Shown piece by piece: positions 61,137 through 64,000 of a stretch of DNA of 64,000 nt. This stretch comes from Candidatus Parcubacteria bacterium. Lineage in GTDB: Bacteria > Patescibacteriota > Patescibacteriia > UBA1558 > GWA2-36-10. Location: NCBI GenBank assembly GCA_018669975.1, contig JABHSK010000005.1, positions 57,123 through 121,122 on the forward strand, read 5' to 3'. The notes under the pieces are model-generated. The model saw only the letters and a list, made by a program, of their open reading frames with translations, searched no databases and had not been told where the DNA came from. A program made the translations under genes and the position numbers. The first letter of the stretch is position 1. Each line of letters begins with the position of its first letter.

Positions 61137-61214
61137 CGATGTCTCCCTTCTATCCGTGAAGGAATTTAAAAGAACGTAATATTAAAAATAATAAAATTAT
61201 CTTAAACTGTCAAA

Positions 61215-61848
61215 TAAAAAAAAGATCTCGATTCAAGGGAACCGAGTCTTTCTCGAGGGGTAGCGTTTACCCCTTTTAAACTCACTATTACTAGCGAGCT
61301 TAAAAGGGGCCCCGACAAGAAGTCAGGGCAGGGAACAGGTGGCGTGTTATTAGGGCAGTTTGATGCCCATCGCCTGTTGTTCCCCTGAGGGAATTTCGAG
61401 CAATCCCATTGTGATTGCCAGTCCTTCTATGAGAGCTTTGATCAATTTCATGATCACCTCCTTTTGGGGTTGAAGAAATTTTCCCTCCTGAATGCACCAA
61501 CTAGTGATACTCTCAGGAGGGAGCCAGTCTGAGACTGGCTTGAAAAAATTGTATGTAGAGAATTTGGGTGCAGAAGGTGGAGTTGAACCACATCCATTTG
61601 GACCGGTAGGTCATTGATTTGACGGGAACACCCATCCCTTAAACCGGCAACTGCCCAACATAAGTTGCTCTACAAAGAGCGGAACTGGAGGTGAGATTGC
61701 CCAACTTTGGACCTAAGCCCGTTGAAACCAGGTTACTAGGTTGAAATTATTGAGCCGGAGCCCTATAAAATCAGCTAATATAATCTGTTCTCGCCCCTCC
61801 AAATCTACTCTTTGCAAAAACTTTATTTTTCTAAGTTCTTTATTGTAA
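61215..61848 (-). ncRNA. Structured ~630-nt transcript with a long leader, tRNA-like arm and 33-aa ORF
   Basis: TTGACA-17-TATAAT promoter (61883-61855), multiple helices, terminator hairpin plus T-run near 61215-61250. Confidence 0.45.
61350..61451 (-). CDS. Small peptide MKLIKALIEGLAITMGLLEIPSGEQQAMGIKLP (33 aa)
   Basis: Perfect AAGGAGGTGATC SD directly before the ATG; tandem TAA TAA stops. Confidence 0.5.
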   Translation of the reverse strand: MKLIKALIEGLAITMGLLEIPSGEQQAMGIKLP

Positions 61849-61901
61849 TAGAGCATTATAGCATATATTTCATATCTTGTCAAGGGTATAAAAGGGTTAA
61901 A

Positions 61902-61933
61902 AAAAAGACCGTCGAGCGATGAACTCGACGGTG
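61902..61933 (-). terminator. Intrinsic terminator
   Basis: ACCGTCGAG-cgatgaa-CTCGACGGT with an adjacent A-run (U-tail on the minus strand). Confidence 0.8.
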
Positions 61934-61939
61934 TAATAA

Positions 61940-62731
61940 TCAGGCCACCCTAGCCAGTAGATTAGATTTACCATTCCAGACAAAGTGTACAGACAGGAAT
62001 TCGTTGGTCTCAGTACTCCATTTATTTTCCAAGATATCAAAGATAGACATACCTACTGCTTGAGCAATTATTTGCTGCTTGATGTAGTCAACGTAGTGCT
62101 TTTCCAGGGCATGGGAGTCAACCTGGCGAGGTTGCCGACCATAGTTGAGTATCAATTTGATGGTGCCATTGAGATTGAGGCGCTTGCCTTCCTGACAGAT
62201 AATCTCCAAGTCTTTGAGATGTATCTTTGGTGTGGTGATAACGCGCAAGGCATAACTTCCCCCAGGACGTAGGTGGAATTGTTCACCGCCATAGTATAAT
62301 TGCTGTTTGAATCGGATTACATCACCTTCTGTAACTAGGCAGCACCTCCATACGCGGTACATTAGTAGTATCTGCAAGCCAAAAGTAGCTAGAGCGATAA
62401 TAGGAAGTTTACTGTTGAATTCGGGACTGACAAGGGGAGTTAGAAATAACATAAAGCTGACAAATATATTGCAGACAGCTAGTGGCCAACCTAGACCATG
62501 GGCAATAATGCCCAGGATTTTGCTGGGGTATTGGCAACGTGAAATACTGCGTTGCATGACCAGTAGTAGTGACGACATTAGCATGCAGAAGCCTAGTCCA
62601 CCGAGAGCTAGTCTAAAAATGGTAGAAAATGACCAATCTGTCGGATTTTCTTCGGTTGGCGTAAAGGTGCCATTAAGTAATAGGCCAAGGCCAAGGAAAA
62701 TAACAAATACGAACAACATCATCCATTTCAT
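61940..62731 (-). CDS. Hypothetical membrane protein (4 TM plus soluble C-terminal domain)
   Basis: AGGAG SD; four hydrophobic helices; own promoter (TTGACA at 62820-62815) and terminator. Confidence 0.65.
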   Translation of the reverse strand: MKWMMLFVFVIFLGLGLLLNGTFTPTEENPTDWSFSTIFRLALGGLGFCMLMSSLLLVMQRSISRCQYPSKILGIIAHGLGWPLAVCNIFVSFMLFLTPLVSPEFNSKLPIIALATFGLQILLMYRVWRCCLVTEGDVIRFKQQLYYGGEQFHLRPGGSYALRVITTPKIHLKDLEIICQEGKRLNLNGTIKLILNYGRQPRQVDSHALEKHYVDYIKQQIIAQAVGMSIFDILENKWSTETNEFLSVHFVWNGKSNLLARVA

Positions 62732-62888
62732 GATTTTTTCTCCTGTTTTTTGAGTGGTTTTGATTGGGTAGGAACGATATTAAGATAAGCTAATATATCA
62801 ATTTCGTAGTTTTATGTCAATTGTGTATAAAATTGTTTGACAATAGCTGATTTTTACCATAAAATAAGCCTACTTTTAAGATAAATTT

Positions 62889-63263
62889 ATGGCAAATTAT
62901 AAACAAATGGACAAGGTTTTAGAGCTAGCAGCCAAAACTGGTGATAAGGTCATTGTATTATCAGAAAATCACGACCCTTATGTAGTGATGCCAGTCAAGG
63001 AGTATGAGGTTTTATTACAAGGTTCATCCACTGTAGATGGTCTAACTGAGGAGCAATTATTAGATAAAATAAACCGTGATATTGCTGTTTGGAAATCATC
63101 TCAAGATGACTTGGAAGATTACAATTTAGATCAATTTAAGGTGGAGTCACTTAAAAAAGTTGATGTAAGTAAAAAGGCGGTTGATAATAAAGTTCAGGAG
63201 CCAAAAATTGAGAAAGTTGAAGTCGAAGAAGAGGATAGGTATTATATTGAGCCTGTAGACTAG
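62889..63263 (+). CDS. Hypothetical protein with Phd/YefM-like N-terminus and acidic tail
   Basis: 'KTGDKVIVL....DPYVVMPVKEYE.L' resembles the antitoxin DNA-binding fold; promoter TTGACA-17-TAAAAT at 62837-62865. Confidence 0.6.
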   Translation: MANYKQMDKVLELAAKTGDKVIVLSENHDPYVVMPVKEYEVLLQGSSTVDGLTEEQLLDKINRDIAVWKSSQDDLEDYNLDQFKVESLKKVDVSKKAVDNKVQEPKIEKVEVEEEDRYYIEPVD

Positions 63264-63320
63264 TATTTTAGCTAACATTAGCTCATAAGTACTAAAAACA
63301 CAGATTATGCCCCAGGGGGC

Positions 63321-63349
63321 TTGCAAAAATTTAAGAACAGTGCTATAAT
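63321..63349 (+). promoter_or_regulatory. Sigma70 promoter of tuf
   Basis: TTGCAA-17 nt-TATAAT with extended -10 TG. Confidence 0.7.
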
Positions 63350-63452
63350 CTGTGTGTTTTAAAAAACAATTATTAAGTAATTAATTTAAAAGATAGTTGG
63401 GTTACAAAGGCCCTTTATTTGTAGGGTCACTATCAAAGGAGAAACATAAAAA

Positions 63453-64000
63453 ATGGCAGAAGTTTTTAAAAGAGAAAAACCCCACATAAATGTAGGTACC
63501 ATTGGTCACGTTGATCACGGTAAAACTACATTAACTGCAGCTATTCTAAAAGTTTTAGCAACTGCTGGTGGTGTTGCTCAACAAAAGGACGTTGATCAAA
63601 TTGACAACGCTCCAGAAGAAAAAGAGCGTGGTATTACTATTGCTACTGCTCACGTAGAGTATGAAAGTGAAGCAAGACACTATGCTCATGTTGACTGTCC
63701 AGGTCATGCTGACTATGTCAAAAATATGATCACTGGTGCAGCTCAAATGGATGGTGCTATCTTGGTTGTTTCAGCCGCTGATGGTCCTATGCCCCAAACT
63801 AGAGAACACATCTTACTTGCTCGTCAAGTTGGAGTTCCTTACATTGTTGTTTTCTTAAACAAGATGGATCAGGTTGATGATCCAGAACTAGTTGATCTAG
63901 TTGAGGAAGAAATTAGGGATTTATTGAAAAAATATGAATTCCCTGGTGACGATGTGCCTATTATCAGAGGAACAGCTTTGAAAGCTCTAGAAGATCCTGC
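63453..64000 (+). CDS. tuf: Elongation factor Tu, 3'-truncated by the window edge
   Basis: Translated by eye: [31 protein letters not shown]...RGITI...[21 protein letters not shown]; AAAGGAG SD. Confidence 0.97.
   Translation, partial: MAEVFKREKPHINVGTIGHVDHGKTTLTAAILKVLATAGGVAQQKDVDQIDNAPEEKERGITIATAHVEYESEARHYAHVDCPGHADYVKNMITGAAQMDGAILVVSAADGPMPQTREHILLARQVGVPYIVVFLNKMDQVDDPELVDLVEEEIRDLLKKYEFPGDDVPIIRGTALKALEDP

Noticed and set aside
61300-61500. 66-aa minus-strand ORF (and plus-strand ORF 60988-61179)
   Set aside because: No SD; overlapping shorter ORFs in other frames (61350-61451, 60969-61136) have strong SDs and fit the promoter/terminator layout.
61565-61657. Canonical tRNA gene
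   Set aside because: No D-arm or proper anticodon loop; kept only as a tRNA-like element.

Overview
A 64-kb stretch of a low-GC bacterial chromosome using the standard genetic code (RF2 present, TGA is a stop). Gene content and order point to a Patescibacteria/CPR (Parcubacteria-like) organism; this is inferred from VirB2-like pilin fusions, split ComEC and the lepB-hisS-rpsU-yqeY...ybeY-ftsA-ftsZ arrangement. Housekeeping blocks are a UvrD-nuclease, pheST, gyrB, secE-nusG-rplK-rplA, pepA, pth, der, an LCP protein, lepB, hisS, rpsU, ybeY, dgkA, ftsAZ, nrdR, prfB, comEC, ndk, purA, rpmB, rpsL-rpsG-fusA and a partial tuf. Notable accessory items: (1) two promoter-to-terminator, GC-enriched, densely base-paired transcripts of about 0.85 kb and 1.0 kb (48.8-49.65 kb, 54.46-55.48 kb) with no credible long ORF but several Shine-Dalgarno-led micro-ORFs and a few shared motifs, plus a third structured RNA on the minus strand (61.2-61.85 kb) with a tRNA-like arm and a 33-aa ORF; (2) a 14-kb surface-protein cluster centred on a 3114-aa pilin-anchored, Cys-rich adhesin; (3) a cobalamin riboswitch upstream of transcobalamin-like (DUF4430) proteins; (4) an AftA-like glycosyltransferase; (5) twin L1-binding-like leaders before rplK and rplA; (6) core genes lacking SD sequences while rpsU and accessory genes carry strong ones. 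No CRISPR array, rRNA, canonical tRNA, integrase or transposase was seen. All assignments were made by eye, without database searches.
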